Shown piece after piece: positions 55,280-64,000 of a DNA stretch of 64,000 nt. This DNA comes from Bacteroidales bacterium (GTDB lineage: Bacteria; Bacteroidota; Bacteroidia; Bacteroidales; P3). The stretch spans positions 1,513 through 65,512 of the forward strand of contig JAZRVD010000137.1 of the NCBI GenBank assembly GCA_045598945.1. Direction: 5' to 3'. The first letter of the stretch is position 1, and each line of letters starts with the position of its first letter. Made by a program: the position numbers and the translations under genes. A model generated the notes under the pieces. The model was not told the DNA's origin, did not search any database, and worked only from the letters and a program-made list of their open reading frames with translations.

Positions 55280-56158
55280 TCAAAGCGTTACAAATCTTAA
55301 ATTTTCTATTATATCGCTTGGCAAGAGAGACGATTGCGACTGTTTTTGCACTGCATAATCGGCAGATTTGCCATGAAGATAGACGGCCAACATGGCAGAG
55401 ATGTCCAACGGGAAACGTTGCGCATTGAGAGCCAGCACAATACCTGTCAGAACGTCGCCACTGCCACCTGTTGCCATACCGGCGTTGCCGGTAAAATTGA
55501 CATACGTCTTACCCTCTGGCGTAACAGTCTGCGTATTATGACTCTTGCGGACAATAACAGCCTTGTACTCGCGCGATGCCGACAAAGTAGACATGTTGTC
55601 AAAAAGACGCTCATACTCCTTGGCGTGCGGCGTAAGGATGACGCTATGCGGCATATTGCGAAAAAAACGGCGCTTGTTTGCTGCAACAATATTTAGCGCA
55701 TCGGCATCAAGTACAACAGGTGTATAACGTGCCTCTCCTCCACGCTTGTGAAGCCTCTTGTCCTTGCTGCACACAGCCTTGAGAAGCTGACGCAGCATGC
55801 GTCTCGTCTTGTCGGCAGTGCCAACGCCAGGCCCAACAGCTATTGCGTCATAGCGCTCTATATTGTCCGGCACGCTACGCAAATAAAAGTTGCCCTCGTC
55901 AATGCTGACCATAGCCTCCGGCACCGCAGCCTGCATTATCTCAACGCCACACGCCGGCACATGCACCGTAAGCAGCCCTACGCCAGACCGCAACGCAGCA
56001 CGTGCCGCCAGCACCGCAGCACCCATCTTGCCATAACTGCCAGCCACCAAAAGGGCATGACCATAGTCATGCTTGGTAGTCTCTGGTGGACGGTCGTTGA
56101 ATATCTCCGGGAGCTGGATACTATCTACATGAAATGTGTTTTCGTCTATACGTTTCAT
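55280..56158 (-). CDS. nnrD: ADP-dependent NAD(P)H-hydrate dehydratase (YjeF C-terminal type)
   Basis: HALLVAGSYGKMGAAVLAARAALRSGVGLLTV and ATGGSGDVLTGIV motifs. Start chosen at MKRIDENTF (ATG 56158). Confidence 0.8.
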   Translation of the reverse strand: MKRIDENTFHVDSIQLPEIFNDRPPETTKHDYGHALLVAGSYGKMGAAVLAARAALRSGVGLLTVHVPACGVEIMQAAVPEAMVSIDEGNFYLRSVPDNIERYDAIAVGPGVGTADKTRRMLRQLLKAVCSKDKRLHKRGGEARYTPVVLDADALNIVAANKRRFFRNMPHSVILTPHAKEYERLFDNMSTLSASREYKAVIVRKSHNTQTVTPEGKTYVNFTGNAGMATGGSGDVLTGIVLALNAQRFPLDISAMLAVYLHGKSADYAVQKQSQSSLLPSDIIENLRFVTL

Positions 56159-56235
56159 ACTATATTGCAACAAGACAAACAAAGGCGACAAAGCACTTAC
56201 ATATACACTTTGCCGCCCTTGCAAAAAAAAGTAAA

Positions 56236-59058
56236 CTATTGCTCTTCAGGTACAAGGGTTATAGAGACATAATTCTTCTCATTGATAAACGCCTTGGCAA
56301 TCTTCTTAATATCCTTAGCAGTAATTTTCTTAACGCGAGCCGCAAAGTCAGCCAGCGAAGCCTCGCCATCGCGATTTTGATTGTACTGATACGATGCCAC
56401 TATCTGACCCATCCAGTAGCCGTTGCTCTGCATGGCTGTCTCACGGTTGCTGACCTGCTGCTCTTGCACTTTGGCAAGAGTAACGGCATCGGGACCTTTC
56501 TTCTTATACTGCTTGACGATGTCAAACACCACCTTCTCTATCTCGGCAGCCTTGTCGGGGTCGCACTCTATATAGAACATCCACGAGAACTCACCCTTGG
56601 GAAGGATAGAGCAGCTGATGCTGACACTGGGGCTATAGGTGCCACCCATCTTCTCGCGGATAACCTCAAGGGCGGTAATCTCGACGGCATCGCTAAGCTG
56701 ACTGACAGTAAGGATGTTTTCGGGTGTCGGGGCGAAGTTGCCAGTCTCGCCATAGATAAGCAGCTTGCCCTGCTTGTCGGTGCCCTTGCTGACAGTCTTG
56801 TGCACTACACCGTCGACAAACTTAGGCGACACATCCTTGAAGCCTTCGTTCTTCTGGCTGCCATCGCACGGCAAATTGCCGAGATACTTGGCAATGATGT
56901 CTATATCCTCATCTTTGATATTGCCGACAAAGAAGAATGTCTGGCCAGATGCATCGTGGAAACGCTCGCGATATACGCGATGGATGTCGTCGAGTTGCAA
57001 AGAAGAGATCTGCTGCTCGGTAGGAAGCACCACCAAGCGAGGATTGTTGTTGTAAGCAGTCTCATAGAACGTCTTCATAAAGACCGTGTGAGGGTCTTCG
57101 ATGGCGAAACGCACAGAGTTGCGTATCTGCTCTATGTTCTTGTCCAACGACTCCTGGTCTTTGCGAGGGGCAAGATAATAGAGATAGGTGAGCTGCATCA
57201 TGGTTTCGAGATCTTGAGGCGAACAGCCGCCTGTAAAGCCCTGCGAGAGCTGGCGTATCACAGGACTCGACCCGGCAATCTTGCCTTTCAGCACCTTGCC
57301 AAGCTGCGTGCTGTTGAACTGTGCCAGACCGGCATCGTCAACTACGCCGGCAGCATTGCTGACAAGATACACCTCCTTGTCGCCATACAGCGAAGAGCCA
57401 CCCCATGAATACGACAGCATCTGTATCTCATCGGCCTTGTAGTCCGTCTTCTTTATAATAAAACGAATACCGTTGGGCAAAGTATACTCCTTGTAGTCGA
57501 GAGCCTCGTTGGTCTTGGTAAGCGTAGCCTTGACAGCAGGCAGCTCCTCAGCCATCAAAGGCTCGTCCTTGAAATTGTCGACCCATGGCTCAGTCTGCAT
57601 GGTCTTGAACTTCTCTATCATAGCCAGGGCATCAGCCTCTGAGACGATAGCCACATTGTCAGGAGCAGTAAGATAATAGATGATATTGTCGTCGGTAATC
57701 CATTGAGCCATCATCTTGTTGACCTCGTCGAGGGTGATTTCAGGAACAAACTCCTTGGCATAACGCCACTCCTGACGAATGCCTGGTATACCCTCTTGTG
57801 TAAGGAAATTGCGAGTGTATTCGTCGGCATGGCTGGTGTTGTACGTCTTGTCGGCCTCTTTGGCGGCACGAGTGTAGGAACTGAGCAGCGACTCCTTCTG
57901 ACGGTCGAGCTCCGTCTGCAAGAAACCGTGCTGGGCGGCACGACGCACCTCGGTGAACAAAAGCTCGGTGGCCTCGGCACTCTTGCCTTCCTTGACAGAG
58001 GCGTATGCACCAAAGGCATCCGTACCGCGACCTAAAAATCCGCCATAGCCGGCACCCGCATATACCATAGGTGCGTTGGGGTCGTCGCTAAGCTCGGCAA
58101 AACGGTCGCCAAGCATCATGTTTATTAGCGAACGTACCAAGCCTTCGCGGTAGTCGCCAACGGTACCCTTATAGGTGTTGGGGTGCTTCCAACGAATTTG
58201 GAGCACAGTGCTGGTGGCCTCCTTGTCGGTAGCAATGGCCACGAGTGGCTCCTTGTTGTCAGGCACGCCATAGACCTTGCGCTCCTTGGGGTTGACCGAC
58301 TTGGGATATTTGCCAAAGACTTCCTTTATCCTGCTCTCCACGGCCTGCACGTCGATGTCGCCAACGATGATGACAGCCTGCAGGTCGGGACGGTACCAAT
58401 CCTTATAAAAACGTACTATATCGTCATGCTTGAAACCCATGATGACACTCTCAAGGCCTATGGGCAGACGCTCGGCATAACGCGAACCCTTGAGCATAAC
58501 AGGCCACGTCTTGTCTCTAAGACGCTCGCCAGCGCCAAGGCTGCCGCGCCACTCCTCGTGTATCACGCCACGCTCCTCTTCAAGCTCCTGGTCGTCGAAA
58601 AGCAGACCACTCGCCCAGCCGTCGAGAATCTTGAAACCCATCTCCACCATCGCAGTGTCGTCGGAAGGGAGATTGACATAATACACAGTCTCATCGAAAG
58701 AGGTGTAGGCGTTAATCTCACGTCCAAACTCGATGCCCTTCTTTTGCAAAGAGCTTATCAACTCGTTGTGAGGATAGCCCTTGATGCCATTGAAGGCCAT
58801 GTGCTCGCAGAAATGGGCAAGACCACGCTGCGACTCATCTTCAAGAATAGAGCCGGCATTGGTTACCAAGCGAAACTGCACACGGTTTTCCGGCTTCTTG
58901 TTCGCCCTGATATAATAGGTCATGCCATTGTCAAGATGACCGATGGTGATTTTTTTGTCTACCGGCATCTTAGCGTCGAGATCCGACTTTGCCGACTGTG
59001 ACAAGACAATGCCGCTTGCACAAAGGACAAACAGCATCAAGAGAAACAATCTTTTCAT
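56236..59058 (-). CDS. M16-family (pitrilysin/insulinase-like) zinc peptidase, secreted
   Basis: Signal peptide. Inverted zinc motif HFCEHMAFNG (HxxEH) and downstream E. 940 aa, two M16 halves. Confidence 0.85.
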   Translation of the reverse strand: MKRLFLLMLFVLCASGIVLSQSAKSDLDAKMPVDKKITIGHLDNGMTYYIRANKKPENRVQFRLVTNAGSILEDESQRGLAHFCEHMAFNGIKGYPHNELISSLQKKGIEFGREINAYTSFDETVYYVNLPSDDTAMVEMGFKILDGWASGLLFDDQELEEERGVIHEEWRGSLGAGERLRDKTWPVMLKGSRYAERLPIGLESVIMGFKHDDIVRFYKDWYRPDLQAVIIVGDIDVQAVESRIKEVFGKYPKSVNPKERKVYGVPDNKEPLVAIATDKEATSTVLQIRWKHPNTYKGTVGDYREGLVRSLINMMLGDRFAELSDDPNAPMVYAGAGYGGFLGRGTDAFGAYASVKEGKSAEATELLFTEVRRAAQHGFLQTELDRQKESLLSSYTRAAKEADKTYNTSHADEYTRNFLTQEGIPGIRQEWRYAKEFVPEITLDEVNKMMAQWITDDNIIYYLTAPDNVAIVSEADALAMIEKFKTMQTEPWVDNFKDEPLMAEELPAVKATLTKTNEALDYKEYTLPNGIRFIIKKTDYKADEIQMLSYSWGGSSLYGDKEVYLVSNAAGVVDDAGLAQFNSTQLGKVLKGKIAGSSPVIRQLSQGFTGGCSPQDLETMMQLTYLYYLAPRKDQESLDKNIEQIRNSVRFAIEDPHTVFMKTFYETAYNNNPRLVVLPTEQQISSLQLDDIHRVYRERFHDASGQTFFFVGNIKDEDIDIIAKYLGNLPCDGSQKNEGFKDVSPKFVDGVVHKTVSKGTDKQGKLLIYGETGNFAPTPENILTVSQLSDAVEITALEVIREKMGGTYSPSVSISCSILPKGEFSWMFYIECDPDKAAEIEKVVFDIVKQYKKKGPDAVTLAKVQEQQVSNRETAMQSNGYWMGQIVASYQYNQNRDGEASLADFAARVKKITAKDIKKIAKAFINEKNYVSITLVPEEQ

Positions 59059-59183
59059 ATTTCTTGGTTAATTTATAATACCAACTTGTATATCATCTAT
59101 TTCCAGCATAAACAGCGAGAAAAGAGAATGCAAAATTACATCTTTTTTGGCAATAAAACACAACTAACAACGTTTTTGTAGAC

Positions 59184-60122
59184 ATGAACAAAATGCTATG
59201 GATTATCTTGCCGATAGCCCTAATGTGCATCACCTCGTGCAAGAAATTTGAGGGAGACGTTACAGCACCATCCTTTTTACGTCTCGACAATCTAAGAGTA
59301 CAACGACAAGAGATAGGGGCGCCGTCGTCCGACGACGGATGGTACACCTACGACATCGACGCAGTACAACTCACTGCATACTTTGCAGGCGACGCCAAAG
59401 AGACCATATTAGGCACCTTCGAGCTGCCATGCCACGTGCCGGTACTACACGAAGGCACAGCCGAATATATAAGAATAGCGCCGGTCATCAAACAAAACGG
59501 CATAGCCTCTACACGAGTCCAATACCCGTATTTCCACGACACCACCATCACCAATGTGCAACTCGTTACAGGCGAGACCACCTGCATAGGCGACTACGAC
59601 ACAAACAAAAAAGAATACTGGCTGCCGGTATACTACCACTCCACACCAGACATAGACATACTGGCATACGAAAACTTCGAGCCCTTAAACACCGCCACCA
59701 TCTTCGACACATCTATAACCGGCGTCAACTGGATACGCAACCACACCGAAAACGCCCGTACCGGCAGCGGCTACCTGCGCGTAGACAACCCCGCCGACGA
59801 AAACAGCGTGCTATTCCCATTCAAAGAAGCCTGCAACGTCCCCGACCCAACCAAACTTCTCTACCTCGAAATGGACTACCACACCGACGTACATCTGCGT
59901 GTGGGACTGATAAGCGCCTACATGTCAGGCGCCAACGAAGAGGTACAATGGGTGATGACGCTATACCCCAACAAAGAGTGGCAAAAGATATACATCAACC
60001 TTGGCAAGCTATGGGCACTCTTCAACCACAACCCAAACTTCACCATAATATTCTCCACCCTCAATACCACAGGCAAAGGCGGCAGCGCATATATCGACAA
60101 CCTCAAAGTTATCACCATGTAA
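59184..60122 (+). CDS. Hypothetical lipoprotein (312 aa)
   Basis: Lipobox LMCITSC. No family recognised. Confidence 0.65.
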   Translation: MNKMLWIILPIALMCITSCKKFEGDVTAPSFLRLDNLRVQRQEIGAPSSDDGWYTYDIDAVQLTAYFAGDAKETILGTFELPCHVPVLHEGTAEYIRIAPVIKQNGIASTRVQYPYFHDTTITNVQLVTGETTCIGDYDTNKKEYWLPVYYHSTPDIDILAYENFEPLNTATIFDTSITGVNWIRNHTENARTGSGYLRVDNPADENSVLFPFKEACNVPDPTKLLYLEMDYHTDVHLRVGLISAYMSGANEEVQWVMTLYPNKEWQKIYINLGKLWALFNHNPNFTIIFSTLNTTGKGGSAYIDNLKVITM

Positions 60123-60168
60123 TACCGTCACCAGCAACTACCACAGCACAACCACACCATTCCCCTCA

Positions 60169-61593
60169 ATGACAAAAGAAGCACACAAACGCACGCTATA
60201 CCTCATCTGCGACTACGTTACAGCCCTCGTCTCATGGATGCTCTTCTTTCTGTTTAGAAAATGGAACAACGAGGGCGACGCCTCCCTCGAAATAAACAAC
60301 ATAGTCGCTGACGCCAACTTCTGGTACGGGCTTATATTCATACCACTTGGCTGGCTGCTGCTCTACGCCATCTTCGGCACCTACCGCAGAGTGCTTCGCA
60401 AAGCACGACTGAAAGAGATAGGCGAGACCATCACCACAACAGTCATAGGCGTCATCATACTCTTTTTCCTCGTCATGCTCGACGACATAGTACGCGGCAG
60501 CAAAAACTACTACATCGACCTCCTTTTCCTGTTTAGCGTACACTTCACCCTCACCTACCTTCCTCGTCTGATAATAACATCACATATCGTCAGTCAAGTG
60601 CATACGCGCCGACTGGGATTTCCCACAGTATTGGTAGGCGGCGGCATAGAAGCCTACAACACCCTGCTCGAACTCGAAAAACAAGAGATATACTCCGGCA
60701 ACCTTTTTATTGGCTTTGTTACCGACAACGACGAAGCCATAGACAAACGCCTTGCCTCGCTGCTGCCACACTGCGGCACAATAGACAACCTCCGCAACAC
60801 CATCATAGACAAAGGCATAGAAGAAGTGATAGTGGCTATAGGCAAACCGACACACCAACGCATAGGCACAATACTGCGCATGCTTAACGGCTGCCCCGAC
60901 ATCATCATCAAACTCACCCCCAACTGCCGCGACTTCGTTGTAGGCAGCATAAAAATCGACAACATCTTCCACTCGCCCCTCGTAGTCATCGACAACAGGC
61001 TGATGCCAGAATGGGAATACAGCGTGAAACGCATCTTCGACATAGTGGTCTCCATAATAGTGATAATAGGGCTGTCGCCCATATACCTTATCACAGCCAT
61101 CATAGTCAAATGCACCTCGCCAGGACCCGTGTTCTACGCACAAGAGCGTATAGGCTATGGCGGCAAGCCCTTCAAGATGCACAAATTCAGATCTATGTAC
61201 GTCGGCGCCGAAGCCAACGGCCCTGCACTGGCTTGCGACGACGACCCACGCATAACACCCTTTGGACGCATAATGCGAAAGATACGCCTCGACGAGATAC
61301 CACAATTCTACAACGTGCTGAAAGGCACAATGTCGCTCGTAGGCCCTCGCCCCGAAAGACAATACTATATAGACCAGATAGTGCAGCGAGCACCAGAATA
61401 TCAGCTGCTGCAGCGCATACGCCCCGGCATAACATCATGGGGACAGGTAAAATACGGCTACGCCAGCAATGTTGACGAGATGATAGAACGCCTGCGCTAC
61501 GACCTCTTCTACATCGACAACATGTCGCTGACCATCGACATCAAAATACTGCTATACACCGTCATCATCATCTTTGAAGGACGCGGCAAATAA
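60169..61593 (+). CDS. Polyprenyl-phosphate sugar-phosphate transferase (WbaP/EpsB-type bacterial sugar transferase)
   Basis: N-terminal TM bundle and central Rossmann-like region. The C-terminal domain has KRIFDIVVS...SPGPVFYAQERIGYGGKPFKMHKFRSM...DEIPQFYNVLKGTMSLVGPRP. Confidence 0.85.
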   Translation: MTKEAHKRTLYLICDYVTALVSWMLFFLFRKWNNEGDASLEINNIVADANFWYGLIFIPLGWLLLYAIFGTYRRVLRKARLKEIGETITTTVIGVIILFFLVMLDDIVRGSKNYYIDLLFLFSVHFTLTYLPRLIITSHIVSQVHTRRLGFPTVLVGGGIEAYNTLLELEKQEIYSGNLFIGFVTDNDEAIDKRLASLLPHCGTIDNLRNTIIDKGIEEVIVAIGKPTHQRIGTILRMLNGCPDIIIKLTPNCRDFVVGSIKIDNIFHSPLVVIDNRLMPEWEYSVKRIFDIVVSIIVIIGLSPIYLITAIIVKCTSPGPVFYAQERIGYGGKPFKMHKFRSMYVGAEANGPALACDDDPRITPFGRIMRKIRLDEIPQFYNVLKGTMSLVGPRPERQYYIDQIVQRAPEYQLLQRIRPGITSWGQVKYGYASNVDEMIERLRYDLFYIDNMSLTIDIKILLYTVIIIFEGRGK

Positions 61594-61609
61594 TAACAAA
61601 CAACATAAA

Positions 61610-62314
61610 ATGAAACGAGCATTTCTCTACATCATTGTCGCCACGATAGCCCTCACACTGACATCGTGCCACAAAAAAAGCGGCGACACCGCCAGTGTCA
61701 AACTCAACAGCAAAGCCGACACCATCAGCTGGGCACTTGGCGAGAGCCTTGCCAACGCAGTGTTAGACAACGAACTCGGCCTTGACAACGAAGTAATGGT
61801 GGAAGCCTTCCGCACCACGCTCAACGGTGGCGAACAACCTTTTAACGATACCATATATCAATTAGCCGTAGCATATATCAGCACCCTGTCCATGCACAAG
61901 CAGCAAGAGAAGATACAGAGGATGCAAGACAACGCAAAAGACATATTTGCCCAACTCGAAGAAAACCCCAACATAAAGAAAGCGCCAGAAGGCTTCTACT
62001 ACGAGATAGTGCGGCCAGGCAAAGGACGCAACGCCAACTACGGCGAGAGAGTCCTCTTCGACTACAAAGGCTTCAACATGCTGACGGGACAGCTTACCGA
62101 CCAGACCTACGGCAACCGCGACGCCATACTGCATGTCATAGGCAACCCCATGTTCCCCGGTCTCATAGCCGGCTTGCAGCTGATGAACGCCGGCAGCATC
62201 TACCGCTTCTACTTCCCCAGCGAGCTGGCTTTTGGAGCAACCGGCACACAAAACATACCGCCCCACACCCCGGTGATCTACGAGGTAGAGCTCCACAAAG
62301 TCTACGACGACTAA
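61610..62314 (+). CDS. FKBP-type peptidyl-prolyl cis-trans isomerase (Mip/FklB-like) lipoprotein
   Basis: Lipobox LTLTSC. C-terminal FKBP domain (VLFDYKGFNMLTGQ...FPGLIAGLQLMNAGSIYRFYFPSELAFG). ATG at 61610. Confidence 0.85.
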   Translation: MKRAFLYIIVATIALTLTSCHKKSGDTASVKLNSKADTISWALGESLANAVLDNELGLDNEVMVEAFRTTLNGGEQPFNDTIYQLAVAYISTLSMHKQQEKIQRMQDNAKDIFAQLEENPNIKKAPEGFYYEIVRPGKGRNANYGERVLFDYKGFNMLTGQLTDQTYGNRDAILHVIGNPMFPGLIAGLQLMNAGSIYRFYFPSELAFGATGTQNIPPHTPVIYEVELHKVYDD

Positions 62315-62331
62315 CAACAACTAACTACATA

Positions 62332-62370
62332 AACTCATCACAGGCAAACATGCCTGTGATGAGTTTTTTT
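62332..62370 (+). terminator. Strong rho-independent terminator
   Basis: 15-bp perfect stem AACTCATCACAGGCA / TGCCTGTGATGAGTT with a 4-nt loop and a T7 run. Confidence 0.85.
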
Positions 62371-62824
62371 AATGCATTAAAACTAAATACATTACCATTA
62401 ATACAAAAGACTAACACATAATCCTGACAACCAACAAAGCGAATATTGGAAATTGAAACCTTCTCTGCGTCAACGCAAGAGAGCGACACATAAAATAGCA
62501 CAAACTTCATCAGCATTACATCCCGAAAACTGATTTCCAAATATAGATAGGATCATGCTACCCACCGTCAAACCGATAAATAACCTGCGTCCCTCCCCCA
62601 AAAGATTCACCTTCCCATCATTCAAAATTACTTCGTATATTTGCATAGTAACAACATCCTAATAAATTAAAAAAAATTGAATTAGCAACTTGAATTCAGC
62701 AAAATTATAAGGAGCGAAATGTAACAGAATATGTCATACTTGGCACATTGATTAGTTGCACTGTCGCTATCCTCGTCGGAATACTAACAACTATTATTAT
62801 ACGCAACATTTGACACTTTGAATC

Positions 62825-64000
62825 ATGGCAACTCAATTTGAACGATTTAAGGACACCTTGGAGAAGATGCTGATGCTCGACCAAGCAGACTTGGATTTTG
62901 GCATCTATCGCATCATGAACCAAAATCGTGCTGACATAGAGAAGTATCTGAACAACGACCTGAAGAAACAGGTTGCAGAGGCTGTTTCGGGCACTTCTAC
63001 GGCAGAGGTGGAGTCTCTGAAAACAGAACTTGCAAAGGCAATTCAAAGTGCAAAGGACTTAGGTGTTGACCCTGATACTCTTCCAAAGGTCAAGGAACTG
63101 CGTGCCAAACTGTCCGAAAGTGGCGATACAGAGAGTTTGGAAAACGAGGTGTATTCTCACCTGACAACGTTCTTCAGCCGTTACTATGACGGTGGCGACT
63201 TCATTTCACAGCGCAGATACAAGAAAGACGTTTACGCCATTCCCTACGAAGGTGAAGAGGTGAAGTTGCATTGGGCAAATGCTGACCAATACTATATCAA
63301 GACGGGCGAATACTTCCGTTCATACAGATTCACTCTGACAGATGGTAAAGCTGTTGAGTTCACACTGAAAGAAGCAACTGTTGAGCAGAACAATAACCTT
63401 GCTCAGAACAACATGGAGCGTAGATTTGCACTCTATGAAGAGCAGCCTGTGGAAGTTGACGGTGATACGCTGCATATCAACTTCACATACGAACTCTACC
63501 CGAAGGCGAAGAAGCAGAGTGACTTCATTGTGAAAGCATACGACACGGTGAAGGGGATGATTCCTTCTGAGTTCATTGGTGTGTTTGAGCTAAAGCCAAC
63601 AGAGAAAGACAGACACCGCACATTGCTTCAGAAGCATTTGAACGACTATGTGGCGCGCAACACCTTCGATTACTTCATTCACAAAGACCTCAACGGATTC
63701 CTGTCACGAGAGTTAGATTTCTTCATTAAGAACGAGATTCTTGTTATTGATGACATTGACGACCGGAATCCAAAAGACTTTGTGCAGCACCTGTCTGTTA
63801 TCAAGGCAATCAAGACTGTCGGCAAGAAGATAATCACATTCCTTGCTTCACTCGAAGACTTCCAAAGGAAACTGTGGCTGAAGAAGAAGTTTGTGGTACA
63901 GGCGGATTACTGTATCACGCTCGACCGTGTTCCCGAAGAACTGTACCCTGAGATTTGCGCAAACGACAAGCAGCGTGAGGAATGGGAAAAATTGTTTGCT
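62825..64000 (+). CDS. 5' part (392 codons, runs off the window) of a large restriction-modification-type DNA-methyltransferase-like protein
   Basis: Hand translation is open to the window edge: MATQFERFKDTLEKMLMLDQADLDFGIYRIMNQNRADIEKYL...FFSRYYDGGDFISQRRYKKDVYAIPYEGEEVKLHWANADQYYIKT...FDYFIHKDLNGFLSRELDFFIKNEIL. I recall this N-terminal pattern from large stand-alone adenine methyltransferases that partner with helicase/Res-type genes. The catalytic domain is not in the window. Confidence 0.5.
   Translation, partial: MATQFERFKDTLEKMLMLDQADLDFGIYRIMNQNRADIEKYLNNDLKKQVAEAVSGTSTAEVESLKTELAKAIQSAKDLGVDPDTLPKVKELRAKLSESGDTESLENEVYSHLTTFFSRYYDGGDFISQRRYKKDVYAIPYEGEEVKLHWANADQYYIKTGEYFRSYRFTLTDGKAVEFTLKEATVEQNNNLAQNNMERRFALYEEQPVEVDGDTLHINFTYELYPKAKKQSDFIVKAYDTVKGMIPSEFIGVFELKPTEKDRHRTLLQKHLNDYVARNTFDYFIHKDLNGFLSRELDFFIKNEILVIDDIDDRNPKDFVQHLSVIKAIKTVGKKIITFLASLEDFQRKLWLKKKFVVQADYCITLDRVPEELYPEICANDKQREEWEKLFA

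Noticed and set aside
56134-57408. 424-aa plus-strand ORF. The same pattern is seen at 58183..59001, 50111..51271, 49248..50048, 60580..61362, 32476..33459, 27119..27937, 9795..10712, 12623..13198 and 20472..20989, among others.
   Set aside because: All are antisense to genes with clear family motifs (M16 peptidase, MFS, DUF2461, sugar transferase, hsdM, hsdR, era, helicase). Their compositions are skewed. They are shadow ORFs.
62470-62646. 58-aa minus-strand ORF (MQIYEVILNDGKVNLLGEGRRLFIGLTV...) in the non-coding stretch before the methyltransferase-like gene. The track ORFs 62325..62540 and 62705..63046 were also considered.
   Set aside because: No family resemblance and no terminator or partner gene. 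The TATATTTG box at 62634-62641 faces the other way. These are probably chance ORFs in AT-rich DNA.

Overview
This 64-kb chromosomal segment looks like Bacteroidota/Bacteroidales, possibly Prevotella-like. That placement is an inference from three things: TAnnTTTG -7 promoter boxes in front of most operons, a T9SS type-B cargo protein, and the housekeeping gene set. All family calls come from motif recognition by eye; no searches were run.

I can support about 45 protein genes and 3 tRNAs (Leu-CAG, Leu-GAG, Asn-GTT). There is no rRNA, no CRISPR array and no intact integrase or transposase.

Core genes: era, secG, rpmH (missed by the ORF track), rlmD, lpxK, rubrerythrin, trxA, rsmE, a D-Ala-D-Ala dipeptidase, a non-specific nuclease, an MFS transporter, an Omp85-like barrel, nnrD, an M16 peptidase, a sugar-phosphate transferase and an FKBP isomerase.

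Accessory content, left to right:
(1) A 2895-aa cysteine-rich modular repeat protein with a T9SS type-B sorting domain and internal super-repeats.
(2) A tightly overlapped five-gene operon: PqqD-like RRE, HprK-like P-loop kinase, S24-type peptidase, nucleotidyltransferase, and a 398-aa unknown. No cyclase, radical SAM enzyme, exporter or annotated precursor is present.
(3) A type I R-M operon (hsdM, DUF1016, internally deleted DUF1016, hsdS, four-helix-bundle protein, hsdR) with duplicated gene-junction modules, Shine-Dalgarno-like sites and a 9-bp CTAG-rich tandem array.
(4) An AT-rich island next to two tRNA-Leu genes. It holds a cassette bracketed by 56-bp imperfect direct repeats (HigA-like HTH fused to an ImmA/IrrE peptidase, DUF4417, two unknown genes). 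It also holds a ClpX-type AAA+ gene whose Walker A motif is interrupted by what reads as a naturally split mini-intein with a short N piece and a long C piece. A phosphoribosyltransferase fragment sits in the gap, and a 1-nt frameshift lies further downstream.
(5) The 5' part of a large DNA-methyltransferase-like gene runs off the right edge.

The split-intein ClpX locus with its neighbouring cassette, and the orphan RRE/kinase/peptidase/nucleotidyltransferase operon, are my best candidates for undescribed biology.
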